Assembly (NCBI GenBank): GCA_019358915.1
Contig: JAHHIM010000047.1
Location: forward strand, 1 to 29,003
Direction of reading: 5' to 3'
Length of the DNA stretch: 29,003 nucleotides
DNA from: Trichormus sp. ATA11-4-KO1
Lineage (GTDB): Bacteria > Cyanobacteriota > Cyanobacteriia > Cyanobacteriales > Nostocaceae
Shown: piece after piece, positions 10,043 through 18,404 of the stretch
How positions within the stretch are numbered: the stretch's first letter is position 1
How the letters are laid out: each line of letters opens with the position of its first letter
Program-made: the position numbers and the translations under genes
Notes under the pieces: generated by a model
Database searches by the model: none
The model's input: the letters and a program-made list of their open reading frames with translations, nothing else
Told to the model about the DNA's origin: nothing

Positions 10043-10090
10043 TAACCTCCGATTGCTTAACCAAACCGCCCTAGTTTAGTGGCGGTTTTT
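10043..10090 (+). ncRNA. nsiR4: Probable NsiR4 nitrogen-stress sRNA (short form)
   Basis: Core CCTCCGATTGCT (10046-10057) matches the NsiR4 conserved segment as I recall it; followed by a terminator; TAAGTT -10 at 10032-10037 and an NtcA-like site upstream. 5' end estimated. Confidence 0.75.
10063..10090 (+). terminator. Rho-independent terminator
   Basis: AAACCGCC...GGCGGTTT stem followed by a T run. Confidence 0.85.
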
Positions 10091-10887
10091 CTCTTGATTA
10101 ATTTCTCCATCAGATATTTTTTAGATTTACTCCCAACTCCATCCCATAGTTATATAAATTTGCGTGGGAATTTGCATCTTCACTCGTGAACAAGTGATGT
10201 CTAAGAGTCTCGAACTATAGTCAAGGCATTTATACTCTACCTATATATAGATTGACAAAATTGGGGTAATATTACTCAGATTTAGTATTTATTCTGCTGA
10301 AATATTTTTTTGGTATTATCACTGAATAAATACCAACAAATGTAGCTGATATATCTGTATTTATTCGGTACAAATTGAGGATTTTATCATTAGAGTTACC
10401 CAGTAATTTCCGGGTTTCCATCACTTTGAAGTAACTATAGTTGCATGGTGAAAAAAGACTGTTCTTTTTCAGTAAAATCTCGGTGATATTTAATGTATTT
10501 AAAACCTGACAAATCGCTAAAACTGACCTATGAAAGCTATTTCAAGATGTTATAATACTAGCATGACTCGATAATTCAGGTTAATAATTAATATGTAGTC
10601 AAATGAAAAAATGTAATTTATGATGCTAGTCCTTAATCTATGCTTAACCAAATTGTGACAAACTAAAATCAGGAAATGTAACTTATTAGTCACCAAGTTA
10701 AGACTGCAATGTTTACCTGTAACTTTGTATCAAGATTATCAGTTCAAAGATTACTGTTATGACACTTGCCAAACTGGTTAAAGTTTTTGACCGCTACATA
10801 GTTGACAGTCAAAAAATAGTTAAAATAGCATCAAGGCTCTCTTTATGAGAGTAAACCTACAAGAAAAGTGAAGAATTTCAATTTTGT

Positions 10888-11073
10888 ATGAATTCAAATA
10901 GCCAGTCTGCCGACCCTCCCGATACATATTCCCATCGTTTGGCAGACATTGTGGGAACTGCGATCGCTCTAGTAACTCTAACACTACCTGTGTTTGTCAT
11001 TGCCCACTATTCAACTGATGTTCCAAATAACCGGCCACCCCGAACCTATACACTACCAAGAAGTGGAAATTAA
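10888..11073 (+). CDS. Small (61 aa) protein with one predicted transmembrane helix
   Basis: ATG start; hydrophobic stretch IVGTAIALVTLTLPVFVIAHY; contains a HIP1 site. Confidence 0.7.
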   Translation: MNSNSQSADPPDTYSHRLADIVGTAIALVTLTLPVFVIAHYSTDVPNNRPPRTYTLPRSGN

Positions 11074-11255
11074 ACAGCATTTGCAACTAAGATTTCACAG
11101 CAAGTTAACTCGAGAAAGGAGAAAACAGCTTGTGAGCTAATATTTTGGATGTGTAGTTAACCGGACATAACTCTGAATCTGTATTGTCTTCTGACTGATT
11201 TAGAGACGCGGACTAAATATTTTGTGGTTTCTAACCAGAGATAGATATCTGAATC

Positions 11256-11294
11256 GTAAAAAGCGTTGCGGGGATTCCTGACAACGCTTTTTAC
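11256..11294. terminator. Terminator-like hairpin, potentially bidirectional
   Basis: Perfect 13-bp arms GTAAAAAGCGTTG / CAACGCTTTTTAC. Confidence 0.75.
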
Positions 11295-11337
11295 TGTTTG
11301 GACTGAAGGTAGGGAGTGCTGAGTAGTAGACAAGAGG

Positions 11338-11360
11338 AATGACTAATGACCAATGACTAA
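11338..11360 (+). repeat. STRR2-like heptamers (AATGACY)x3
   Basis: AATGACT AATGACC AATGACT. Confidence 0.75.
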
Positions 11361-11447
11361 CATATAAGTCCATCTTGGCCCTAAAATTCTACACGGGGAG
11401 CCAAATTGAGTGCTACCTGAATTCACAGTTATCAGAGGAGTTTTGTT

Positions 11448-11960
11448 GTGGACTTATCCCGTATTCCTGCCCAACCAAAACCGGGTATAATCAACGTTTT
11501 AATTGAAATCCCAGGCGGGAGCAAAAATAAATACGAGTTTGACAAAGACTTACAAGCCTTCGCTCTAGACCGAGTACTTTATTCTTCGGTACGATATCCA
11601 TATGACTACGGCTTTGTACCCAACACCTTGGCTGATGATGGTGATCCCCTAGATGGGATGGTGATGATGGATGAGCCAACCTTTCCAGGCTGTGTGATTG
11701 CCGCACGACCAATAGGTATGCTAGAGATGATCGACGGTGGCGATCGCGATGAAAAGATTCTTTGTGTTCCTGATAAAGATCCACGCTACACCCAAGTAAA
11801 ATCCCTGAAAGATGTAGCGCCACACCGCTTGGATGAAATTGCCGAATTTTTCCGCAGCTATAAAAATTTGGAAAAGAAGGTAACAGAAATTCTCGGCTGG
11901 CAAGATGTTGACAAAGTATCAGCCTTAGTAGACAAATTCATCAAGGCTGCTAAAGCATAA
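11448..11960 (+). CDS. ppa: Soluble inorganic pyrophosphatase (family I)
   Basis: [23 protein letters not shown] and DEKIL motifs; GAGGAG SD before the GTG start. Confidence 0.97.
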   Translation: MDLSRIPAQPKPGIINVLIEIPGGSKNKYEFDKDLQAFALDRVLYSSVRYPYDYGFVPNTLADDGDPLDGMVMMDEPTFPGCVIAARPIGMLEMIDGGDRDEKILCVPDKDPRYTQVKSLKDVAPHRLDEIAEFFRSYKNLEKKVTEILGWQDVDKVSALVDKFIKAAKA

Positions 11961-11966
11961 TGGAGA

Positions 11967-12032
11967 AGTTATGAGTTATAAGTTGTGAGTTATGAGTTTT
12001 TATTTTTAACTCTTAACTTCTAACTCGTAACT
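11967..12032. repeat. Inverted heptamer repeats, (AGTTATG)n and (TAACTCN)n, able to form a hairpin after ppa
   Basis: Two complementary runs of degenerate heptamers. Confidence 0.75.
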
Positions 12033-12117
12033 GCTGATTAACTTTGTGTAGATCATCGGAATATCAACAGCTTTCACTGTTGCAAATTGTAAAAATTGCC
12101 ACAAAACCCCTAAAAAA

Positions 12118-12501
12118 ATGCAGCGTACTCTCCTTTTGGCAAAAATTCACAACTGCACCCTCACAGGGGCAAATCTCAACTACGTGGGTAGTATCAGCAT
12201 CGATCAAGTCTTGTTAGATAAAGCTGGGATCTTACCCTACGAGCAAGTACAAGTAGTGAATAATGCCAATGGTAAACGCTTTATTACTTATGCCATCCCT
12301 GCGGACGCTAATTCAGGTGTAATTGAGCTAAATGGAGCGGCGGCACGTCTAGGCATTATAGGCGATCGCTTGATTATAATGGCTTACGGGCAGTTCACTC
12401 CAGAAGAGTTAAAAAATTACTCTCCTACAGTAGTCATTGTGGACGAAAAAAACCGACTCTTAGAAGTGCGGTACTACGATGACCTGCTCAGTAAGGTTTA
12501 A
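12118..12501 (+). CDS. panD: Aspartate 1-decarboxylase
   Basis: [11 protein letters not shown] autocleavage site, RFITY and NGAAAR motifs. Confidence 0.96.
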   Translation: MQRTLLLAKIHNCTLTGANLNYVGSISIDQVLLDKAGILPYEQVQVVNNANGKRFITYAIPADANSGVIELNGAAARLGIIGDRLIIMAYGQFTPEELKNYSPTVVIVDEKNRLLEVRYYDDLLSKV

Positions 12502-12513
12502 CTGTCAAGGAAA

Positions 12514-13413
12514 ATGTCAAATTTTGAGCTGTCGGGTTCCCAAAGCTACGTAACTGAAAAGCCCATGATTCCGCTCAGTAGTTCTGTGGGTGAATTTCTG
12601 GTAAAATTCTGGGGTGTGCGGGGATTAATTCCCACCCCAGGTAGTAACACACAGCGCTATGGTGGTAACACTGCTTGTATAGAAATCAATGTCGCTGGCA
12701 AACATTTAATTTTTGATGGTGGTACCGGCTTACGTGTCCTAGGAAAAACTTGGCAGCAACTGCAAGAGCCGCTAGAAGCCCATTTATTTTTTACTAACTC
12801 TCAATCAAATCATATTCAAGGCTTTCCCTTTTTTGCCCCGGCATTTGTAGACAAAAATTGCTTTCATATTTACGGTACAGCCGCCTCAAATGGAGCTTCC
12901 ATTAAACAATGCTTGTGTGATCAGATGCTCCAGCCGCACTTTCCTTATCCTTTACAGGCGATGCAATCTGAATTGCAGTTCTACAATTTGATTCCGGGTA
13001 GTAAGTTGAAGCTAGATGATGCCACAATTGCCACAGCATTGATCAATCAAAATCAGCGTTCAGTTGGCTATCGCATCACGGGAAAAGAATACAGCGTTGC
13101 CTATGTCACAGATTTACACAAAAATATTGATGAAGTAGAGCGCGATCGCATTTTACCAATCATTCAAAATGCTGATTTACTAATTGCCAATGCCACCTAC
13201 ACTCCCCCAACAGCTTACAACCATGAAGCGGCTGATGTACATTGGCAAACTGCCGTAGACTTAGCACGCAGCGCAGACGTGCAACGGTTAGTCATTTCTC
13301 AGCATCATCCAGACGATGACGATAATTTTCTAGACCAAGTGCAACTCGAAATTCAATCTGTCTTTCCCAAAGCATTACTAGCCTGTGAAGGTTTAGTATT
13401 ATCAGTTGGGTAG
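12514..13413 (+). CDS. MBL-fold metallo-hydrolase homolog with degenerate metal-binding motif
   Basis: FWGVRG, YGGNTAC, IFDGGTG and HIQGFPFF; the HxHxDH motif reads NSQSNH. Confidence 0.88.
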   Translation: MSNFELSGSQSYVTEKPMIPLSSSVGEFLVKFWGVRGLIPTPGSNTQRYGGNTACIEINVAGKHLIFDGGTGLRVLGKTWQQLQEPLEAHLFFTNSQSNHIQGFPFFAPAFVDKNCFHIYGTAASNGASIKQCLCDQMLQPHFPYPLQAMQSELQFYNLIPGSKLKLDDATIATALINQNQRSVGYRITGKEYSVAYVTDLHKNIDEVERDRILPIIQNADLLIANATYTPPTAYNHEAADVHWQTAVDLARSADVQRLVISQHHPDDDDNFLDQVQLEIQSVFPKALLACEGLVLSVG

Positions 13414-13522
13414 TTAAGTAAATTTGTGACTCTGCATCGCACAATCAGGAGAAGCGCGGTATAACAGCAGTTTGAGAGAACGAGAAAATGAGAAAATAGG
13501 GTACAGTACCAGACAATTGGAC

Positions 13523-13966
13523 ATGATTGTTCAACTTGACGATCCAACCGAAGTTCTAGAGCTAGCAAGGCAAGTATCGAAGGAGTTTGTCTTTCCTACA
13601 TTTTCTGAAGAGGGAAAGAAGGTATTTTCTGAAAACCTTGCTGAAGATGTTGAAGCAGCGTTCTTAAAGCCAGAATTTGATGTGTATGGTGTTCGACCAA
13701 ACCAAACTTTGATTGGTTATGTAGCAGTAAGTAAGAAATCCCATATTTCTCAACTTTATGTAGTTAAAAGTAAGCAACATCAAGGATTCGGCAGAATGTT
13801 GATTAATTTTATAGAGCAGCAGGCGAAAGAGTCGGGAGTTTTTCGACTTACTGTTAAAGCATCATTAAATGCAGTACCGTTCTACAAAAAATGTGGTTTT
13901 GAGGATACTTCTGATGTGCAGGAGGTATCAGGAATTAGATTTCAAGCCATGCAAAAAATAGTTTAA
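13523..13966 (+). CDS. GNAT family N-acetyltransferase
   Basis: LYV..QHQGFGRML motif A and ASLNAVPFYKKCGF. Start uncertain (ATG 13523 versus upstream starts). Confidence 0.85.
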   Translation: MIVQLDDPTEVLELARQVSKEFVFPTFSEEGKKVFSENLAEDVEAAFLKPEFDVYGVRPNQTLIGYVAVSKKSHISQLYVVKSKQHQGFGRMLINFIEQQAKESGVFRLTVKASLNAVPFYKKCGFEDTSDVQEVSGIRFQAMQKIV

Positions 13967-13992
13967 ACAGTTTCCTCCTAAACAACTTTGAC

Positions 13993-14688
13993 ATGACAAA
14001 GACTGCTATCCTCACCCCACTTAAAGAAGAGTTATCCATTATGGTCAATGTATTGGAAAAGCTCGGACTCAAAAAGCACACGCTCTATCTAAGTAATTTG
14101 GAGATTTTTGAGTTTAACGAACTTGACTTACTGCTTGCCCTGGGCGGACACGGCAAAACACAGTTTGGCATACAGGCACAATACTTACTCTGTCATTTGC
14201 CCCAGATCGAATTGCTTGTATGTGCAGGGGCAGCCGGGGCGTTATCAAGTGAGTTGCAGGTTGGAGATGTTGTTGTAGCAACTGAGACAGTTGAGCATGA
14301 TTACAATCTGAAATTTGTCAGCCGCCCCCTACCTCGATTCGCTGGTACTCCTCAAGTTCTTGATGCTATAAAGAGGTTACTGAAAACAGAGTTGAATTTT
14401 TGTGTGCATTTTGGGTCGGTTGCGAGTGGAGACGAGGATATCGTTACAGTTGAAAGGGGTCAGGAGTTGTCTCAATTAACGGGTTGCATTGCAGTGGCTT
14501 GGGAAGGAGTGGGAGGCGCAAGGTCAAGTCAATTTAGTCAAAAGCATTATGTTGAGCTACGAGGTATCACCGATACAGCAGATCATAATGCTGCTGCTGA
14601 CTTTGAAGTGAATTTAGCGACTGCAATGACTAATCTTGCACAACTTATTGTGCGATGGCAAACAGCAGGAAGTCGTTGCACTGCATAA
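13993..14688 (+). CDS. 5'-methylthioadenosine/S-adenosylhomocysteine nucleosidase family (PNP/UDP fold)
   Basis: GGHGK, AGAAGAL, VGDVVVA, VEHD, VASGD, AWEG and RGITD motifs. Confidence 0.85.
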   Translation: MTKTAILTPLKEELSIMVNVLEKLGLKKHTLYLSNLEIFEFNELDLLLALGGHGKTQFGIQAQYLLCHLPQIELLVCAGAAGALSSELQVGDVVVATETVEHDYNLKFVSRPLPRFAGTPQVLDAIKRLLKTELNFCVHFGSVASGDEDIVTVERGQELSQLTGCIAVAWEGVGGARSSQFSQKHYVELRGITDTADHNAAADFEVNLATAMTNLAQLIVRWQTAGSRCTA

Positions 14689-14768
14689 CAATTCAAATGC
14701 AGTGGACGATTGAGAGCCGCTAGCGCTGAATTTGAGGGTATCTGCCACCGCTCAATGAATTAATATAA
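14683..14768 (+). other. Degenerate attC-like imperfect palindrome
   Basis: GCATAAC overlaps the stop codon. ATAACAATTC...GCAGTGG pairs imperfectly with CCACCGC...GAATTAATAT. The canonical GTT core is missing. Confidence 0.5.
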
Positions 14769-14773
14769 TTTCA

Positions 14774-14866
14774 TTTACTTCAAGTGTTTTCCTCAACTCG
14801 ACACAGAGAGTCGCCGCTCTAGCAATGGTTATGGGTTTGTGCCTGCTTGTTTATAGTCTTGGTCAA
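14774..14866 (+). mobile_element. IS1634-family transposase fragment
   Basis: Translates FTSSVFLNSTQRVAALAMVMGLCLLVYSLGQ, matching the C-terminal region of cyanobacterial IS1634 transposases as I recall it; no IS ends seen. Confidence 0.8.
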
Positions 14867-14891
14867 ATGTTAATGACATATGTGGTTGAAA

Positions 14892-14998
14892 AGTGCTGAG
14901 TTGAAAGTGCTGAGTGTTGAGTAGATAATTCAGAATTATTAGCACCTACGGTGCTATTTTCACTCAGCACTCAGCACTCAGCACTCAGCACTCAGCAC
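14892..14998. repeat. Inverted heptamer repeats AGTGCTG... and (CACTCAG)x5 at the hemL 3' end
   Basis: Five exact CACTCAG at 14961-14995 with complementary copies at about 14892-14922. Confidence 0.9.
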
Positions 14999-16297
14999 TT
15001 ATAAACTAGACAGCACTTCTCGTGAGACTGCTAAAGTCTGCTCAATATCTGCTTCAGTGTGTGCTAAGGAGGTAAATCCTGCCTCAAACTGAGAAGGTGC
15101 TAAATAAACACCGCGCTCTAACATACCGCGATGGAAGCGCCCGAATTTAGCCATATCCGATTTTTTGGCATCTTCGTAGTTATGAACTGGGCCAGCAGTG
15201 AAGAATAAGCCAAACATAGCGCTGATGTGACCACCACAGGCCGGGTGACCAGTTTCTTTGGCAATTTGCACTAACCCATCTGCTAGCTTCTGAGTAATTT
15301 TGTCAAGATACTCATAAGTCCCAGGTCTTTGCAGTAATTCCAGGGTTTTAATCCCAGCCGTCATGGCTAGAGGGTTACCCGAAAGAGTCCCAGCTTGATA
15401 CACAGGTCCTGCGGGAGCAACCATTGACATGATTTCCCGGCGACCACCATATGCTCCTACAGGTAAGCCACCACCAATTACTTTGCCCAAGGTTGTTAGG
15501 TCGGGAGTAACGCCAAATTTTTCTTGAACGCCACCGTAAGCAATCCGAAAACCTGTCATTACTTCGTCAAAGACTAGTAATGCTCCATGCTCAAGAGTGA
15601 TCTCCCGTAAACCTTCTAAGAACCCAGCATCGGGAGTGATAAACCCAGCATTGCCGACAACTGGCTCAAGAATAACACCCGCAATTTCGTCACGGTTTTG
15701 TTCAAATAAGGCTTTAACAGCTTCCAAGTCATTGTAAGGAGCTGTCAGAGTACTGCTAGTTGCCGCTTTAGGTACTCCTGGGGAATCGGGTAGGCCTAGT
15801 GTGGCTACACCAGAACCAGCCTTGACAAGGAACATATCAGCATGACCGTGGTAGCAGCCTTCAAATTTGATGATTTTCTCCCGGTTTGTGAAAGCCCGCA
15901 TCAGCCGCAACACTGCCATACAAGCTTCGGTACCTGAATTAACAAATCTGACCATTTCGATGCTGGGAACGGCATCAATCACCATTTCTGCCAAAACATT
16001 TTCTAGTACGGAAGGAGCACCGAAGCTAGTGCCTTTTTCCAAGGCTTCATGGAGTGCTGCGATGACTTCTGGATGGGCATGACCACAAATAGCTGGTCCC
16101 CAAGTACCCACATAATCAATGTATTGATTGCCATCTACATCCCAAATGTAAGCGTTTTTGACGCGCTCAAAAACAATGGGTTGTCCACCTACGGATTTGA
16201 AGGCACGAACTGGAGAACTCACACCTCCTGGCATCAGGTTTTGGGCAGCAGCAAAGATTTCTTGTGATTTTGTTGTTTTAATCGTGGTATTTACCAA
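14999..16297 (-). CDS. hemL: Glutamate-1-semialdehyde 2,1-aminomutase
   Basis: [33 protein letters not shown] and TLGKVIGGG motifs; TTG start. Confidence 0.98.
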   Translation of the reverse strand: MVNTTIKTTKSQEIFAAAQNLMPGGVSSPVRAFKSVGGQPIVFERVKNAYIWDVDGNQYIDYVGTWGPAICGHAHPEVIAALHEALEKGTSFGAPSVLENVLAEMVIDAVPSIEMVRFVNSGTEACMAVLRLMRAFTNREKIIKFEGCYHGHADMFLVKAGSGVATLGLPDSPGVPKAATSSTLTAPYNDLEAVKALFEQNRDEIAGVILEPVVGNAGFITPDAGFLEGLREITLEHGALLVFDEVMTGFRIAYGGVQEKFGVTPDLTTLGKVIGGGLPVGAYGGRREIMSMVAPAGPVYQAGTLSGNPLAMTAGIKTLELLQRPGTYEYLDKITQKLADGLVQIAKETGHPACGGHISAMFGLFFTAGPVHNYEDAKKSDMAKFGRFHRGMLERGVYLAPSQFEAGFTSLAHTEADIEQTLAVSREVLSSL

Positions 16298-16404
16298 GGC
16301 TCTCTCCTAAATAGTGGAAAATAAAAAGCTCTATCTTAGGATAGGGTGAAAAACTGTTTAGAAATTCTATCGTATAGAATTAGCCAAACCAGAAAAATAA
16401 CAAT

Positions 16405-16593
16405 ATGTTATACAAGTCCAATGAAGACTTGCCTTTAGAAATTCGTACTAAATTATCTGAGGCTTACCAGGATCTTTACCGGGCAGCTTTTAACTCAGCT
16501 ATTCATTGGTATGGTGAAGCTTCTAAAGCCCACCAAGTCGCTTTGAGCGCTGTAAAGATGCAGTCTGCAACTGATAGGAATGCTTTTGTTTAA
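16405..16593 (+). CDS. ChaB family protein
   Basis: MLYKSNEDLP..IR..L...QDLYRAAFNSA...AHQVALSAVK pattern. Confidence 0.85.
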   Translation: MLYKSNEDLPLEIRTKLSEAYQDLYRAAFNSAIHWYGEASKAHQVALSAVKMQSATDRNAFV

Positions 16594-16697
16594 AGCTGAA
16601 TAAGACAGTTCAATATTTAAAAAAGCATACCAGCGGCCCTATTCAGAATGGTATCGTGAATCCATGAATTTTGTTTAATGAGAACAAATTAACTGGT

Positions 16698-17348
16698 ATG
16701 TTATTTACTAATTCACATTCACTGCCTGATTCTATTCCTGTTGAAAACATTCGCTACGATGAACGGGGTTTAGTACCGACAATTGTCCAAGATTATTTAG
16801 ATGGTACTGTCTTGATGATGGCGTGGATGAGTCGGGATTCATTAAAAAAGACTTTGGAAACTGGAGAAACTTGGTTTTGGAGTCGTTCTCGTCAAGAATT
16901 ATGGCATAAAGGGGCAACTTCTGGACATATTCAAAAAGTACAGAGTATCCGTTATGACTGTGATAGTGATGCACTACTAATTGGGGTGGAGCAGGTAGGA
17001 GATGTTGCTTGTCATACTGGCCAACGCAGTTGTTTTCATCAAGTAGAAGGAAAGATTGCTTCACCACCTGGTGATACCTTGTCACAATTGTTTCAGGTTA
17101 TCTGCGATCGCCGTGACCATCCAACTGAGAGTTCTTACACCTGTAAGTTATTGGCTGGTGGCGATAACAAAATTTTAAAGAAGATTGGCGAAGAAAGCGC
17201 TGAAGTAGTAATGGCGTTTAAGGATGATGAAGCGGATGCGATCGCTGGTGAGGTTGCAGATTTACTCTACCATACACTGGTTGCTTTAGCTCACCATCAA
17301 GTGGATTTGAAATCGGTGTATCGCAAGTTGCAAGAACGCCGCCAATAA
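16698..17348 (+). CDS. hisIE: Bifunctional phosphoribosyl-AMP cyclohydrolase / phosphoribosyl-ATP diphosphatase
   Basis: [35 protein letters not shown] and [11 protein letters not shown] 16698 preferred as start. Confidence 0.96.
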   Translation: MLFTNSHSLPDSIPVENIRYDERGLVPTIVQDYLDGTVLMMAWMSRDSLKKTLETGETWFWSRSRQELWHKGATSGHIQKVQSIRYDCDSDALLIGVEQVGDVACHTGQRSCFHQVEGKIASPPGDTLSQLFQVICDRRDHPTESSYTCKLLAGGDNKILKKIGEESAEVVMAFKDDEADAIAGEVADLLYHTLVALAHHQVDLKSVYRKLQERRQ

Positions 17349-17352
17349 AAAG

Positions 17353-17411
17353 GCAGGGGAGCAGGGGAGCAGAGGGGAAGCAACTTCTCCATGCCCCATT
17401 CCCTATTCCCC
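17353..17411. repeat. G-rich / C-rich short tandem repeats after hisIE
   Basis: GCAGGGGA GCAGGGGA GCAGAGG ... CCCCATT CCCTATT CCCC. Confidence 0.7.
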
Positions 17412-17450
17412 TTAAAAAAATGTTTTTGTAATTCTTATCATTAACTGAAA

Positions 17451-17503
17451 TTTTCCTCACCCATTCCACAGAGTTTCCACAGGTGTTTTGGTAGTTTTCC
17501 ACA
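17451..17503 (+). promoter_or_regulatory. Cluster of four DnaA-box-like 9-mers in 11-bp phase
   Basis: TTTTCCTCA 17451, CATTCCACA 17462, GTTTCCACA 17473, TTTTCCACA 17495; the cyanobacterial consensus is TTTTCCACA. Confidence 0.6.
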
Positions 17504-17677
17504 GATAGTCTACGAACTAATAGGCACTTGCTGTCTTACTGGGGATTTTTGTTCAAGAGTTACAAGAAAGTTCAGTGACTGAGTTTTTATTAACTTAAGT
17601 AACAAAAATAAAGCTATAACCCTGATTATTTCGTTAATATTTATTTTTTATACCACCGGATTTAACATTTCGCAGCA

Positions 17678-17708
17678 TTGACAAACCTACCCCCCCTTGG
17701 CGCACAAT
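17678..17708 (+). promoter_or_regulatory. Putative sigma70-type promoter for the DUF2811-like gene
   Basis: TTGACA at 17678-17683 and CACAAT at 17703-17708; the 19-bp spacer is longer than optimal. Confidence 0.4.
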
Positions 17709-17869
17709 GATGCGACTGGCTTGATTTTGTAGTCCGTTCAATCGTTAACACCAAAAGTTACCTCAGATGTTGGCGTAGATGACGGGTAGACGCAGGACTT
17801 TGTCAGGCAAATCCCGCCTCACTGCAAGCAACTTGTCCCTCTTGATTGATCTCAGAGAAGGAAAAACTC

Positions 17870-18067
17870 ATGAACGCAACAGTTAGTATTTTTACAGAAA
17901 TTCCCGAAACACTACATGAATCCCTTAAAAATTACTTAGAAACACACCCTGATTGGGATCAAAACCGAGTACTGACGGCCGCCCTGTCGCTATTTTTACT
18001 CCAAAATGGAGACAGCGATCGCCGTGCTGCTCGTGTCTATTTAGAAACTTTGTTTTACCATTCCTAA
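17870..18067 (+). CDS. DUF2811-like small protein
   Basis: VSIFTEIPETLHESLKNYLETHPDWDQNRVLTAALSLFLLQNG; GAAGGA SD before ATG 17870. Confidence 0.85.
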   Translation: MNATVSIFTEIPETLHESLKNYLETHPDWDQNRVLTAALSLFLLQNGDSDRRAARVYLETLFYHS

Positions 18068-18165
18068 ATAAAAATACTTAACCCAGATTCGCCAGAAATG
18101 GCTAATTTACCAGACACTCCAAAGCGCTGGTAACATCGGTACTATTTTGGCTTATATCCAAGCAT

Positions 18166-18184
18166 GGGCACGGCTACCGTGCCC
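18166..18184. repeat. GC-rich REP-like hairpin
   Basis: GGGCACGG-CTA-CCGTGCCC between convergent genes. Confidence 0.65.
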
Positions 18185-18404
18185 CATCAATGGATGTTGA
18201 TAAAAGCTAACACAGTCCGAGATGGGAATCAGAACACACTAAAAAAGAATAAATGGATATTTTTACTCAAAAATATCTCAAATATTATTGAATGGCTGCT
18301 CTTTGAGCGGATTTGCTAAAGCCAACGAAATTTACCAAGCATTTGCAGCTTAAGTTACAAGTCAAGAGTCAATTATGAAAAACTCTAGAGTACGGATTAT
18401 AGAA

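Noticed and set aside
13414..14880. Absence of HIP1 sites as evidence of foreign origin
   Set aside because: Other genes of similar length, such as hemL, also show no HIP1 site, so this alone is not informative.
17734..17862. Glutamine or c-di-GMP riboswitch, or 6S RNA
   Set aside because: The conserved GGAAGTA and GAAGGAACG elements and the c-di-GMP-I motifs are not fully present; kept only as an unassigned structured leader.
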